Below are positions 47,354 to 57,040 of a DNA stretch of 60,173 bases, one piece after another (position 1 is the stretch's first letter; every line of letters starts with the position of its first letter). The DNA is from a virus (lineage: Duplodnaviria > Caudoviricetes): the IMG/VR virus record IMGVR_UViG_3300027769_001255, positions 1 through 60,173 of that record. One strand, 5' to 3'. Below the pieces are notes generated by a model. The model did no database searches. It was not told the origin of the DNA and saw nothing but the letters and a program-made list of their open reading frames with translations. Both the position numbers and the translations under genes were made by a program.

Positions 47354-47673
47354 TGTTGAAACTTAAACCATTGCCAGAAAAAATACTTGGTACAGTTTAT
47401 ATTGGCGAACGTAGATTTGGTAATATCATTGTAAGAGATGACCTAGGAAAAGAAAACGGTATTCGTCCTCGCTGGACAAAGATCTATGCTGTTGGAGACA
47501 AAATTGATTGGGTCAAACCCGGTCAATGGGTATTAGTTGAATACGGTCGCTGGACCGAACACACTCGATTAGACTTAGGTGGTGACAAGCCAACTCGGAT
47601 CGCTCAGATAGATCCAAACGCTTGCATTCTTGTGCAAGATGAGAAACCAGAAGAGCTCGACGAAGAAGAATAA
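47350..47673 (+). CDS. GroES-like co-chaperonin
   Basis: LKPL, IYAVG, VKPGQWVL. Confidence 0.7.
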   Translation: MMLKLKPLPEKILGTVYIGERRFGNIIVRDDLGKENGIRPRWTKIYAVGDKIDWVKPGQWVLVEYGRWTEHTRLDLGGDKPTRIAQIDPNACILVQDEKPEELDEEE

Positions 47674-47730
47674 ACTTGACTTCCTCGGCGCAATGCGCTA
47701 CACTTACACATACACAACTGAGAGGATAAC

Positions 47731-48660
47731 ATGGCGGCACTTAAAGAGCTCTGGGTAGAAAAATATCGACCCAAGACCATCGAAGACTATGTCTGGATGG
47801 ACGATAATCAAAAACATCAAGTGGAACAGTGGATTGCAGATCGCTATATCCCGCATCTGCTGTTGAGTGGCAGTGCAGGAGTAGGTAAGACCACCTTGGC
47901 CAAGATCCTAGTTGAAGCACTTGACATTGAGCCCATGGACTTCCTGCATATCAACGCCAGTCGCGACAACGGTGTTGAGTTTATCAAAAACAAAATTACC
48001 AGCTTTGGCCAAACCAATCCGTTTGGTGATTTCAAGGTAGTGTTGCTAGACGAAGCAGACTACTTGTCACTGAACGCACAGGCCACACTGCGTGGCATCA
48101 TGGAAGAATATGCCAGCGTGTTGCGCATCATTATCACCTGTAACTATCCCAACAAGATCATGCCTGCTATACACAGCAGGACACAAGGCTTTCACTTCAA
48201 ACTGCTGGATGAAGAACAGTTCATGCGTAACCTTGCGCAGATCTTGGTCAAAGAAAATATCGAGTTTGACATTGACACGTTTTCTAGCTTTATCAAAGCC
48301 AGCTATCCAGACATGCGCAAAGCCATCAATAATCTACAACAGCACAGCACAACTGGTACGCTGACGCTGGCAGCGGAAGGCGGAGCAGAGCGCGACTACA
48401 GGCTTGAGATGGTAGCACTATTCCGTGAGAAGAAATATCGTGAAGCACGTGAGCTGGCTATCAAGCAGATTGCAGGCGACGAGTATGAAGACATGTTCCG
48501 CTTCCTGTATCGTAACTTGGAGTTTTGGGGATCAACACCTGATCAGCAAGATTCAGCATTGCTGGTCATACGACAGGGCATTGTCAATCACGGCATGGTG
48601 AGCGACCCTGAGATCAACCTGGCAGCAACAATGATTGAACTGGAGAGAGTAGCCGCATGA
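47731..48660 (+). CDS. Clamp loader small subunit (gp44/RFC-like AAA+)
   Basis: WVEKYRP, GVGKTT, INASRDNG, LDEAD, SR; promoter TTGACT-17-TACACT at 47676. Confidence 0.93.
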   Translation: MAALKELWVEKYRPKTIEDYVWMDDNQKHQVEQWIADRYIPHLLLSGSAGVGKTTLAKILVEALDIEPMDFLHINASRDNGVEFIKNKITSFGQTNPFGDFKVVLLDEADYLSLNAQATLRGIMEEYASVLRIIITCNYPNKIMPAIHSRTQGFHFKLLDEEQFMRNLAQILVKENIEFDIDTFSSFIKASYPDMRKAINNLQQHSTTGTLTLAAEGGAERDYRLEMVALFREKKYREARELAIKQIAGDEYEDMFRFLYRNLEFWGSTPDQQDSALLVIRQGIVNHGMVSDPEINLAATMIELERVAA

Positions 48661-49238
48661 CAAAAGTGATATTGACTGACGTAGATGGAGTATTATTAAA
48701 CTGGGCGGCCGGATTTGATGCCTGGATGCTTGATCAAGGATTTAGACATGTGCCAGGCAACGAACATGCATATCTAATGAATGAACGCTTCATTGACGTT
48801 GAGTACGATCAAGGCAAGCAACTGATTCGAGAATTCAATGAGAGCAAGGCAGTGGGGGAATTGCTTCCGCTTAGAGATGCGGTGCAAGGTGTTGCACGAT
48901 TGGCCCGTAACGGCTACAAGTTTGGCGTGATTTCCAGCCATTCAGATGTTGAGCATGCTTGCCGTCAGCGCGAAGCCAACCTAAAAAGACATTTTACCAA
49001 TGTGTTTGATTTCTTTGTACACTTGCCAACCGGTGCAGATAAAGATGATGCGCTAGAACCATATCGCGGATCAAACTTATGGTGGGTTGAAGACAAGACT
49101 GAAAATGCCGTGGCTGGTGCAGTAAGAGGCCTAAGGTGTATACTTGTGGATCACGAACACAACAATGATGATCGTCCACACAATGTCATTAGGGCCTACA
49201 ACTGGAACGAGATCGCTGATCTCATCCTGTCAAAATAA
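48657..49238 (+). CDS. HAD-family 5'-nucleotidase-like protein (T4 30.2-like)
   Basis: TDVDGVLL, WVEDK..N. Confidence 0.82.
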   Translation: MTKVILTDVDGVLLNWAAGFDAWMLDQGFRHVPGNEHAYLMNERFIDVEYDQGKQLIREFNESKAVGELLPLRDAVQGVARLARNGYKFGVISSHSDVEHACRQREANLKRHFTNVFDFFVHLPTGADKDDALEPYRGSNLWWVEDKTENAVAGAVRGLRCILVDHEHNNDDRPHNVIRAYNWNEIADLILSK

Positions 49239-49276
49239 TCTAAAGCGAAACCCAAGGTGCTGGGCCAGATTTGGTT

Positions 49277-49993
49277 TTAGGCGTCGCCGTAGATCTTCAA
49301 AACTTCACTTACCGCAGGATGTCTTTCAACATCCTGTGCAGTGAAGACAACTGATGCTAGATACTCTGAATTTTTCTCCTTTAGTTTTTCCATGAAGTCT
49401 TTAAGGCCGTTTTCAGCAAAGCCTCGATCATGTTGAGCTAGATCGCCTGTTACTATGATTCTAGAGCCAGGTCCTATTCTAGTCAACAACATTTTCATCT
49501 GTTCACGTGTTGCGTTTTGCATTTCGTCAGCAATCACGATTGCATTCGTGAATGTGCGTCCGCGCATGTAGGCCAATGGTGCTACTTCAATCACGTTCTC
49601 AGATACCATGTCATTTACAGTTTTGACTGACCAGTGCTGTTCAAAAATATCAAATATTGGTCTAGTCCAGGGTGCCATTTTCTCTATCAATGTGCCAGGC
49701 AGAAAGCCATGCTGTTCGTCCACGCTTACAGCTGGTCTAGTCACGATTACTTTGTTGATCTTGCCAGCTTTGAGTTCCCTAACAGCATACATTGCGGCCA
49801 TAATGGTTTTACCTGTACCCGCAGGTCCAAGTGCAAATATGATGTTTTTTTGGGAATCTTCTAACAGCGCCAGGTAATCTTCCTGGTGCAGATTGCGTGG
49901 TACGATTCGTACCTGTGTCTGTGCTCGCTTCGTGTACTCATTGAAGCTTATTACATTGCGCTCTTTTGGCGCTCGGTTGGTTCTTTTGCTCAC
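49277..49993 (-). CDS. phoH: PhoH-like ATPase
   Basis: GPAGTGKT, TRPAV, GFLPG, YMRGRT, DEMQN, LTRIG, TGD. Confidence 0.95.
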   Translation of the reverse strand: MSKRTNRAPKERNVISFNEYTKRAQTQVRIVPRNLHQEDYLALLEDSQKNIIFALGPAGTGKTIMAAMYAVRELKAGKINKVIVTRPAVSVDEQHGFLPGTLIEKMAPWTRPIFDIFEQHWSVKTVNDMVSENVIEVAPLAYMRGRTFTNAIVIADEMQNATREQMKMLLTRIGPGSRIIVTGDLAQHDRGFAENGLKDFMEKLKEKNSEYLASVVFTAQDVERHPAVSEVLKIYGDA

Positions 49994-50105
49994 TAGATTC
50001 TCCTTGGAGGTTAAATCGTCTGAGCCCAGCGGACCTTGGGTCCAACAGTATTTACATGGCAACTTTGATAAATGTACTCAAATGGGGTGAACGCTAAATA
50101 ACTGC

Positions 50106-50639
50106 ATGAGAAACCAACTTGATATTTTTAACACTATTGATGACGTTTTTGTGAGCGAGAACACGCTGGAAGTCATGCTGGAATTTGAACGTGTTTTAGA
50201 CCAAATGGACATGTATGCCTACGAAAACTGGATCAAGGGTGAACTAGTTGAAGGACCTAATGTCACACGTTACTGGGTAGAATGCGCATTTATGTGGCCG
50301 CTAAAGCTGATGCCAGATCCCAGTGCCGCATTGCGTTTGACCAATAGAAAATGCAAAGTCTACTACAGCAGAGATTACTATGTGGAGCCAATGGCTGCAG
50401 AGCCAGGCAACGCCAATCTCATGATAGATCCGCTGACGCAAAAACCAAGACCCAAGATGAAGAAGACCCCTGTGTGGGTTGTAACAATCAAAATACCACG
50501 TAGATTTATTGACGGTGAAGCGGCCGCTGATCGCATGAATTCCAGTTCAACTGTTGACCTGGATTCAGTAAATCAAGCCTACGATCAGGATCTTGAATCT
50601 AACATAGCTACAGGAGCAGATAATGAGCTTGAGGCCTAA
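50106..50639 (+). CDS. Conserved hypothetical phage protein
   Basis: FERVLD, NWIKGE, MPDP; TAAATA-N5-ATG. Confidence 0.8.
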   Translation: MRNQLDIFNTIDDVFVSENTLEVMLEFERVLDQMDMYAYENWIKGELVEGPNVTRYWVECAFMWPLKLMPDPSAALRLTNRKCKVYYSRDYYVEPMAAEPGNANLMIDPLTQKPRPKMKKTPVWVVTIKIPRRFIDGEAAADRMNSSSTVDLDSVNQAYDQDLESNIATGADNELEA

Positions 50640-51138
50640 TGATCTAGAAGGACTGGTCATGTCACAGATCAGCATAGACGAATTTAAGAGCAAACTAGGT
50701 GAAGACCGTAGTGTTGTTGTTATTGCTATCCCAGTAACAGAAGAAAGTGCCGCACACGATTTAGGAGACTTCATTGAGCGTGGGCCATTCAAACTGTGGG
50801 ATGTCGATATTAGTCCAGCACCTGATAACAAAGGTAATTATTATGTGTTCATTGAACTTGAGCGCAGTCATCTCATGTGGAACACCATTATTTCTGTGTT
50901 TGAACACACAGAAAGGCTAATTGGTAAAGTGTTTGAATCAATCACTTTTACCTGCCCAGGAAAAGACCGACCACAGCCACTTACTGAAGAAAATTTCAAG
51001 TCCAGCATCTTGCAAAGTCCTTATCGTTGGGACATTGCACATGACGTGTATCCCGAAGTTCCGTCTGACGAAACTGAAGTTACATCAAATGATGAGCAGG
51101 AAATACAAAAGCGAATGAAATTTTTAGCGGACTATTGA
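50623..51138 (+). CDS. Hypothetical phage protein
   Basis: SIDEFKSKLG, VFIELER. Confidence 0.75.
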   Translation: MSLRPNDLEGLVMSQISIDEFKSKLGEDRSVVVIAIPVTEESAAHDLGDFIERGPFKLWDVDISPAPDNKGNYYVFIELERSHLMWNTIISVFEHTERLIGKVFESITFTCPGKDRPQPLTEENFKSSILQSPYRWDIAHDVYPEVPSDETEVTSNDEQEIQKRMKFLADY

Positions 51139-51141
51139 TGC

Positions 51142-51360
51142 ATGCCAAAAGAAGAAACAATCAAGATCAGAGGTAAGGTAATCGATGTGTTGCCCAACGC
51201 ATTGTTTAAGATAGAAGTAGAGAATGGGCATGTGATGATTGGACATATATCCGGCAAAGTTCGCAAGAACAATATCAAGATATTGGTCAACGACGAGGTA
51301 GATGTTGAAGTCAGCGCATACGACCTATCTAAGTGTCGCATAACATACAGGTACAAATAA
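51142..51360 (+). CDS. infA: Translation initiation factor IF-1
   Basis: LPNALF..ENG..HISGK.R..YDLSK.RITYR. Confidence 0.95.
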   Translation: MPKEETIKIRGKVIDVLPNALFKIEVENGHVMIGHISGKVRKNNIKILVNDEVDVEVSAYDLSKCRITYRYK

Positions 51361-51361
51361 A

Positions 51362-51955
51362 ATGTTTGGATTAAGCGGAATAGGATTGAAAATTGCAATC
51401 ATGTTGGCATTGTCAGGTGCCGCAACAGGTGCATGGTTCTATGTACAAAACCTCCGAGGCGAGCTGGCATTAGCTGCCGAACGCCAAGCAAGATTAACTG
51501 ATGTAGTTGATAGCCAAAAGCAGGCCATGGAAACTATACAGAAAGACATAGGGCGTATGCAAGCCGCTACGTCAGAACTCAACAAAAAACTCGTGGAAGC
51601 AGAACAAGGTCGTAGAGAACTTGAAAACAAGTTCAATCAGACCAGCGCAGGCCGGCCGAGAGATTTTGCGGCCTTGGCAAACAAAGAACCAGAGAAGATT
51701 GAAGAAAGCATCAACAGAGGCACACGTGATGCTCATCGTTGTAACGAAATTGTAAGTGGTTCCGATTTAACCGCAGATGAACAAGCAGGTAAGGTTCGCA
51801 ACACCATGTGCTCAAACTTACTGCCAGCATACAAAGGACCACCCGAAGTTGCAACTGCGCCGACGCCGGCAGCAAGCGCACCAGTAGCATCAAAGCCTAC
51901 AACACCTTCCAGAGTTGTTGTTGATCCAAGCAAAATTAAAAGGGCTAAACAATGA
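51362..51955 (+). CDS. i-spanin-like protein
   Basis: N-terminal TM, long coiled coil, overlaps lipoprotein gene. Confidence 0.7.
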   Translation: MFGLSGIGLKIAIMLALSGAATGAWFYVQNLRGELALAAERQARLTDVVDSQKQAMETIQKDIGRMQAATSELNKKLVEAEQGRRELENKFNQTSAGRPRDFAALANKEPEKIEESINRGTRDAHRCNEIVSGSDLTADEQAGKVRNTMCSNLLPAYKGPPEVATAPTPAASAPVASKPTTPSRVVVDPSKIKRAKQ

Positions 51956-52323
51956 AAAACACACACATTCTATCCGCTGTATTGTTAGCACTAGCACTAG
52001 CAGGATGCGCATCTACTAAAGAAACATTGGTGGTAAAACCACAAGTGGTCGAAAGACCCCGACTAGAAGTACCATCTCCTCAGCCGGTACAACAACTCCC
52101 GTTTGAATGGATTGTTATTACCAAAGAAAACTACGAAAAGAAATTCAAGGAAATTGAAAGCAAGGGTGGTAGTGTGACATTGTTTGCATTGACTCCTCAA
52201 GGTTATCAGAATCTTTCAATGAATGTGGCAGAACTGCGTCGCTTTATGCAACAACAGAAGGCAGTGATTGCCGCGTTGAAAAAGTATTACGAAGCAACTG
52301 AAGACAAACCCGCGGAGAAGTAA
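51952..52323 (+). CDS. o-spanin-like lipoprotein
   Basis: LAGC lipobox, Pro-rich, YQNLSMN. Confidence 0.7.
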   Translation: MKNTHILSAVLLALALAGCASTKETLVVKPQVVERPRLEVPSPQPVQQLPFEWIVITKENYEKKFKEIESKGGSVTLFALTPQGYQNLSMNVAELRRFMQQQKAVIAALKKYYEATEDKPAEK

Positions 52324-53132
52324 TGGATCCGTGGGCAACACTTAGGGTTTCCAGAGACGCTAGCCCTGAGGACATCAAGCAGGCTTATCGTAAGTTGGCA
52401 ATGAAGCACCATCCAGATCGCGGTGGTGATGAAGCCGAATTCAAAAACATACAAACAGCATACGATGACATAACGTCGGGCCGTGCAAACCAACCACCTC
52501 CGGGTGCAGGATTCAACCCTGGAGATCACTTTGGTTGGTCAGCACACTTTGGTGAAGGGTTTGGTGCTCCGCCATTTGGTTTCCAGCATCAGCGTATGCG
52601 ACGTATGGAAGACCTAAGTGTGGAGTATGCTATTTCCCTGGAAGACTTGTACCATGGCAAGTCTGACAAGATACGCATAATGACTCCTGACCGCGGTGCT
52701 TATATTGAGCTGGACGTAAACATAACTCCAGGCATGCCCAGCAACGCCAGGATCAGATATCCCGGAGCGGCGTCAACACATATACCCGGCGTGGTGCCGG
52801 GTGATGTATTCATACTCATAGCACAAAAGCCGCATGCATCTTTCCGCAGAGATGGTGACGATCTACATACCGAAAAGGAAGTATCTATATTTGATGCCAT
52901 GTTGGGCAAGGATATTTCGTTGACCACGCTGGATGGTAGACTGTTACAAATGCGCATTCCTCCAGGTGCTCGCCCAGGACTGCGCATGCGAGTAGCCGGA
53001 TCCGGAATGCCTAAATCCAATGGTAGTAGCAACAATGGAGATCTCTACGTTCAATTAAATATGAAAGTACCCAGACTGAAAGAAGAAGATTTAGACAAAA
53101 AACTAGTTGACATCATGCGTGAGAACAAGTAA
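52323..53132 (+). CDS. DnaJ-class (type II, CbpA-like) co-chaperone
   Basis: J-domain HPD, G/F region, C-terminal domain, no zinc finger. Confidence 0.92.
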   Translation: MDPWATLRVSRDASPEDIKQAYRKLAMKHHPDRGGDEAEFKNIQTAYDDITSGRANQPPPGAGFNPGDHFGWSAHFGEGFGAPPFGFQHQRMRRMEDLSVEYAISLEDLYHGKSDKIRIMTPDRGAYIELDVNITPGMPSNARIRYPGAASTHIPGVVPGDVFILIAQKPHASFRRDGDDLHTEKEVSIFDAMLGKDISLTTLDGRLLQMRIPPGARPGLRMRVAGSGMPKSNGSSNNGDLYVQLNMKVPRLKEEDLDKKLVDIMRENK

Positions 53133-53135
53133 AAT
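53107..53135 (+). promoter_or_regulatory. Sigma70 promoter, likely leaderless def transcript
   Basis: TTGACA-17-TAAAAT-6nt-ATG. Confidence 0.7.
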
Positions 53136-53141
53136 AGAACA

Positions 53142-53639
53142 ATGCAAAATTTATCCCTTGTAATAGAAGACCACCCTGCGCTTAGGCAATCCTGTGTAGA
53201 ATGGACAGGACAGGAAGATGCTGAAACACTGGTAAAGGACATGCTTCGATTGATGTTTGCTACCAACGGACTCGGACTTTCGGCTCCGCAGGTGGGTAAA
53301 AATTATCGGATGTTTGTGATGGGCAATCAGGATCGCATGTATGCATGTTTCAATCCCAGGATCATATCAGCCAGCATAGAAATGGAAATGGGCAAAGAAG
53401 GTTGTTTGAGTTTTCCAGGACTATGGCTGAATGTCAAACGACATACCGACATAGTTGTACAGTATGAGGATGTTGAAGGCAACAAACAGGAACAAACCTT
53501 TAGCGGAATTATTGCTAGATGTTTCCAGCATGAACTAGATCATCTAGATGGAGTTTGTTTTGTGGATCGTGCCGCCAAGCTCAGTCTTAAGATGGCACGT
53601 GAACGTCAATCCAAGTGGCTTAAAAAAGGTATCAAATAA
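53142..53639 (+). CDS. def: Peptide deformylase
   Basis: GLGLSAPQ, EGCLS, QHELDHL. Confidence 0.96.
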   Translation: MQNLSLVIEDHPALRQSCVEWTGQEDAETLVKDMLRLMFATNGLGLSAPQVGKNYRMFVMGNQDRMYACFNPRIISASIEMEMGKEGCLSFPGLWLNVKRHTDIVVQYEDVEGNKQEQTFSGIIARCFQHELDHLDGVCFVDRAAKLSLKMARERQSKWLKKGIK

Positions 53640-55864
53640 TGGAAAACGAAGAGCGTATCAGTCAAGTAATTCGTCGTGCACATGAACTTGCACACAGCCA
53701 CGAACATGAGTATGTAACACTGGAGCATATCCTCAGTGTGTTGCTGGAAGATGAAGAACTGTTATCACTGCTGGAGAAAATGCAGATTGATTACAAGATC
53801 ATTGCTGATCATGTGAATCAATGGTTGGCCGATGCCACTGAAATACGTGTACCAGGTTTGGTGCGGCCGCGCAAAACTGCTACATTAGAGCGTGTGTTCA
53901 ATCGTGCATTCATGCAAGCACTATTTTCCGGCCGCCATTCTATATCCCCCGTTGACTTGCTGACCAGCATACTCAGCGAGAAGAATAGCCATGCATCATA
54001 CTTCTTACAGCAAGCAGGATTGAACAAGAATTCTGTGCTGAAAACACTTACAGAAATTTCCACAGAAGACAGCGACCCGGTGCAAGATACCAAGCGCAAT
54101 TCTAACAAAATTCTCAACAAGTTCTGTGTGAATCTCAACGAAGAAAGCAAGAAGGGCAAAGTTGATCCGCTAATTGGGCGAGAAGATGAAGTTACCAACA
54201 TGGTAGACATCATGGCACGACGTAAGAAGAACAATGTGGTCCTGGTCGGCGAACCCGGTGTAGGTAAAACTGCCTTGGTTGAAGGTATGGCCCGTATGAT
54301 CACAGAAGGTCGAGTTCCTAACACACTTAAAGATCAAACCATCTACAGCCTGGACATTGCGGCATTGCTTGCCGGTACCAAGTTCCGCGGTGAATTTGAA
54401 GAGCGTCTCAAAATGATCATCAACGCACTGGAACAGCGAGATGATGCAATTTTGTTCATCGACGAGATCCACCAAATCATGGGTGCAGGTGCAGGCAGCA
54501 ACGGTGCAATGGATGCCGCGCAAATGCTGAAACCAAGCCTAGCACGTGGTAGTATTCGTTGCATTGGTAGTACCACATACGAAGAGTTCCGCAAGCACTT
54601 TGAAAAAGATCGTGCACTATTGCGTAGGTTTACCAAGGTAGACGTTGAAGAAATGACTGCTGAATCTACCAAGATCATGTTACGCCAACTGATGCCCAGC
54701 TATGTTGAATTCCACAAGGTTGGTGTCACAGAAGAAGCCATGGATCTAGCAGTTGATCTCAGTCGTCAACACATCCTGGATCGCTACTTGCCAGACAAGG
54801 CCATTGATGTGCTGGACTCTGCCATGGCCAGACTGCGTGTGCGTGGTATTGAAGACAGCACAGTTGATGCCAATGTTGTGCGCGAACAGATCAGCAAGAT
54901 GGCACGTATTCCAACCAGCCAGGTTAGCGAAGATCAAAAGATCGGCGTGCTGGAACTGGAAAGCCGCATCAAGACCAATGTGTTTGGACAGGATACTGCT
55001 GTGGACAAATTGCTGGATGCTGTGTACATTGCACGTGCTGGGTTGAAAGATGCAGAGCGTCCAATGGGCTGTTACTTGTTTGCTGGCCCGACTGGTACAG
55101 GCAAGACTGAACTGGCATTGCAGTTGGCAACAGGGCTTGGTGTTCCGCTGTTGCGCTACGACATGAGCGAGTACATGGAGCCACACAAGATCGCTACCTT
55201 GATTGGTAGCCCTCCCGGATATGTTGGTTATGCTGATGGTGGTGCAGGTTCAGGCAAGTTGATCAATGATCTTGAAAAGAGTCCAAACTCTGTGTTGCTG
55301 TTTGACGAAGTTGAAAAAGCACACCCTGACATTCTCAATGTGTTGCTGGGACTCATGGACAATGGCATCGTGACCAGCAGTAACGGCAAGACGGTGGTAG
55401 CGCGAAATGCCACCATCATCATGACATCTAACTTGGGTGCCGCTGCCAGCGAAAAGAAAGTGATTGGCTTTGGTAGCTCGCTCAACACTTCGGCTATCAC
55501 AGACGCAGTCAACAAGCATTTTGCACCAGAATTCCGCAACAGGCTGGATGCAGTGGTTGAGTTTGAAAGACTCAAGCCCGAAGTGCTTGCAAGCATCGCT
55601 GACAAGTTCATACGTGCCCTGAACAAGCAATTGGACACAGACGACCGTCATTTGCGACTCAAGCTAACTGATGCCGCCCGTGATGCATTGCTGAAAGAAG
55701 GGTATTCTGAGACAATGGGTGCTCGTCCAATGAAGCGTGTGATCAACGAACGCATCAAGAAGCCTCTGAGCCGCAAGGTACTGTTTGAGAGCTGGAATCA
55801 AGGCAATGTGAACATTGACTACGATGGCAACGATTTTAGTCTCAGGTATGACCCGACAAGCTAG
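53639..55864 (+). CDS. clpA: ATP-dependent Clp protease ATP-binding subunit ClpA
   Basis: HEYVTLEH N-domain, GEPGVGKT and GPTGTGKT, no ClpB M-domain, IGF loop, PEFRNR, MGAR. Confidence 0.93.
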   Translation: MENEERISQVIRRAHELAHSHEHEYVTLEHILSVLLEDEELLSLLEKMQIDYKIIADHVNQWLADATEIRVPGLVRPRKTATLERVFNRAFMQALFSGRHSISPVDLLTSILSEKNSHASYFLQQAGLNKNSVLKTLTEISTEDSDPVQDTKRNSNKILNKFCVNLNEESKKGKVDPLIGREDEVTNMVDIMARRKKNNVVLVGEPGVGKTALVEGMARMITEGRVPNTLKDQTIYSLDIAALLAGTKFRGEFEERLKMIINALEQRDDAILFIDEIHQIMGAGAGSNGAMDAAQMLKPSLARGSIRCIGSTTYEEFRKHFEKDRALLRRFTKVDVEEMTAESTKIMLRQLMPSYVEFHKVGVTEEAMDLAVDLSRQHILDRYLPDKAIDVLDSAMARLRVRGIEDSTVDANVVREQISKMARIPTSQVSEDQKIGVLELESRIKTNVFGQDTAVDKLLDAVYIARAGLKDAERPMGCYLFAGPTGTGKTELALQLATGLGVPLLRYDMSEYMEPHKIATLIGSPPGYVGYADGGAGSGKLINDLEKSPNSVLLFDEVEKAHPDILNVLLGLMDNGIVTSSNGKTVVARNATIIMTSNLGAAASEKKVIGFGSSLNTSAITDAVNKHFAPEFRNRLDAVVEFERLKPEVLASIADKFIRALNKQLDTDDRHLRLKLTDAARDALLKEGYSETMGARPMKRVINERIKKPLSRKVLFESWNQGNVNIDYDGNDFSLRYDPTS

Positions 55865-56594
55865 AAACTTTCCTGGATTCAAGTATCATATCATCGAACG
55901 TCCTTACTTTGGCATGTTCATGTACAAGATACTTTTCCGGGGAGCAGATGTAAATGACACTCCGATCAGGCGCAACTGGGTAAACTCAATGTTGCCAAAG
56001 TCACAGATATTTGAGCTACAGAAATATCGCAAATTACATGCTCTGATCAGAGATCGTGCCAGAGAACTCAGCAGCGACAAGGACTTTCGTTTCAGGCAAG
56101 ATTCTGGACTCAATGTGTACTTGTACAATCAAACATGTGTGAAGAATCTTGCTACGGAATTCAAAGATCATGTTATAGGAATTTGGGGGCCATTAGATGA
56201 TGCACATCAACAGCATGCAATGGCCAGTCCAAAAATACGCACAAGAAAGATATTGTGGAAAGGCCGCTATAGATATCGAGTGGTGCTACACCCGGAACCT
56301 GAACAAGCTGTTGCACTTGCTCGTATACTAGAAGATCTGGTACTGGGAGATGACTACGATGTCAATCGTAGTCTGGAAGATTTCATTACAATTGGACACC
56401 CTAGTTCATTTTTCTCTTGGCAATCCGGAGAAAAACTGCTATACTGTAATGACGAACAACTGATAATGATGATCAGTCTTAGCTGTACAGATGCAGTGCA
56501 CAAAATTGACAAGGTAATTACACACAATGAACTCAGCCAACAAGAAAAGATTGCTACGCAAGATGCTAGAGAGAAGCCTGGTAACCAGGCATAG
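55848..56594 (+). CDS. Hypothetical protein, paralog of 29821..30573
   Basis: Shared blocks incl. RYRYRVV. Confidence 0.75.
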   Translation: MTRQARNFPGFKYHIIERPYFGMFMYKILFRGADVNDTPIRRNWVNSMLPKSQIFELQKYRKLHALIRDRARELSSDKDFRFRQDSGLNVYLYNQTCVKNLATEFKDHVIGIWGPLDDAHQQHAMASPKIRTRKILWKGRYRYRVVLHPEPEQAVALARILEDLVLGDDYDVNRSLEDFITIGHPSSFFSWQSGEKLLYCNDEQLIMMISLSCTDAVHKIDKVITHNELSQQEKIATQDAREKPGNQA

Positions 56595-56802
56595 CCTAGT
56601 AGAATGCCAGATCAAAGAGCCGGGCATAAACGAAACCACGGTGATTGATCTCAATCACGTGGTAGAAGAAGCTGGGGAATTGAGCTTCGTTGGGCGAGAC
56701 ATAGACAGCGGCGCCCATAAAGTGCTGAACTTCCGTAGCGTGGTTCGTGTTAACGGACAGCCGTTAGAAAGCCTGTATCAACAGCTAAAACGTCGACGAT
56801 AA
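56527..56802 (+). CDS. Hypothetical protein
   Basis: Packed ORF. Confidence 0.55.
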   Translation: MNSANKKRLLRKMLERSLVTRHSLVECQIKEPGINETTVIDLNHVVEEAGELSFVGRDIDSGAHKVLNFRSVVRVNGQPLESLYQQLKRRR

Positions 56803-56871
56803 GCAAAACTCTCCAAGCTAACCTCCGTTGCTTTGGGCCTAGGCCCATAAATACAGCACGGAGGTTTTCTT

Positions 56872-57036
56872 ATGGCGAAAATACACGAAGAAATCATTAT
56901 CATCAAGGTCAGCAAGCTGGTTAAAGACAGCGATGCGGCGCAGGCTATTGCAGGGCAAGACATTGTGCTTGGTCTAGAAGCAGTGGTACAAGAGATGGTT
57001 GGTGATGCAGTGGTTGTAGAAGTTATCAAGGAGTAA
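56872..57036 (+). CDS. Small late protein (54 aa, not in ORF track)
   Basis: TAAATA, GGAGG RBS, MAKIHEEIIIIKVSKL... Confidence 0.7.
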   Translation: MAKIHEEIIIIKVSKLVKDSDAAQAIAGQDIVLGLEAVVQEMVGDAVVVEVIKE

Positions 57037-57040
57037 TCAC

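Noticed and set aside
53818-55651. Several minus-strand ORFs inside clpA
   Set aside because: Codon-bias shadows of a conserved gene
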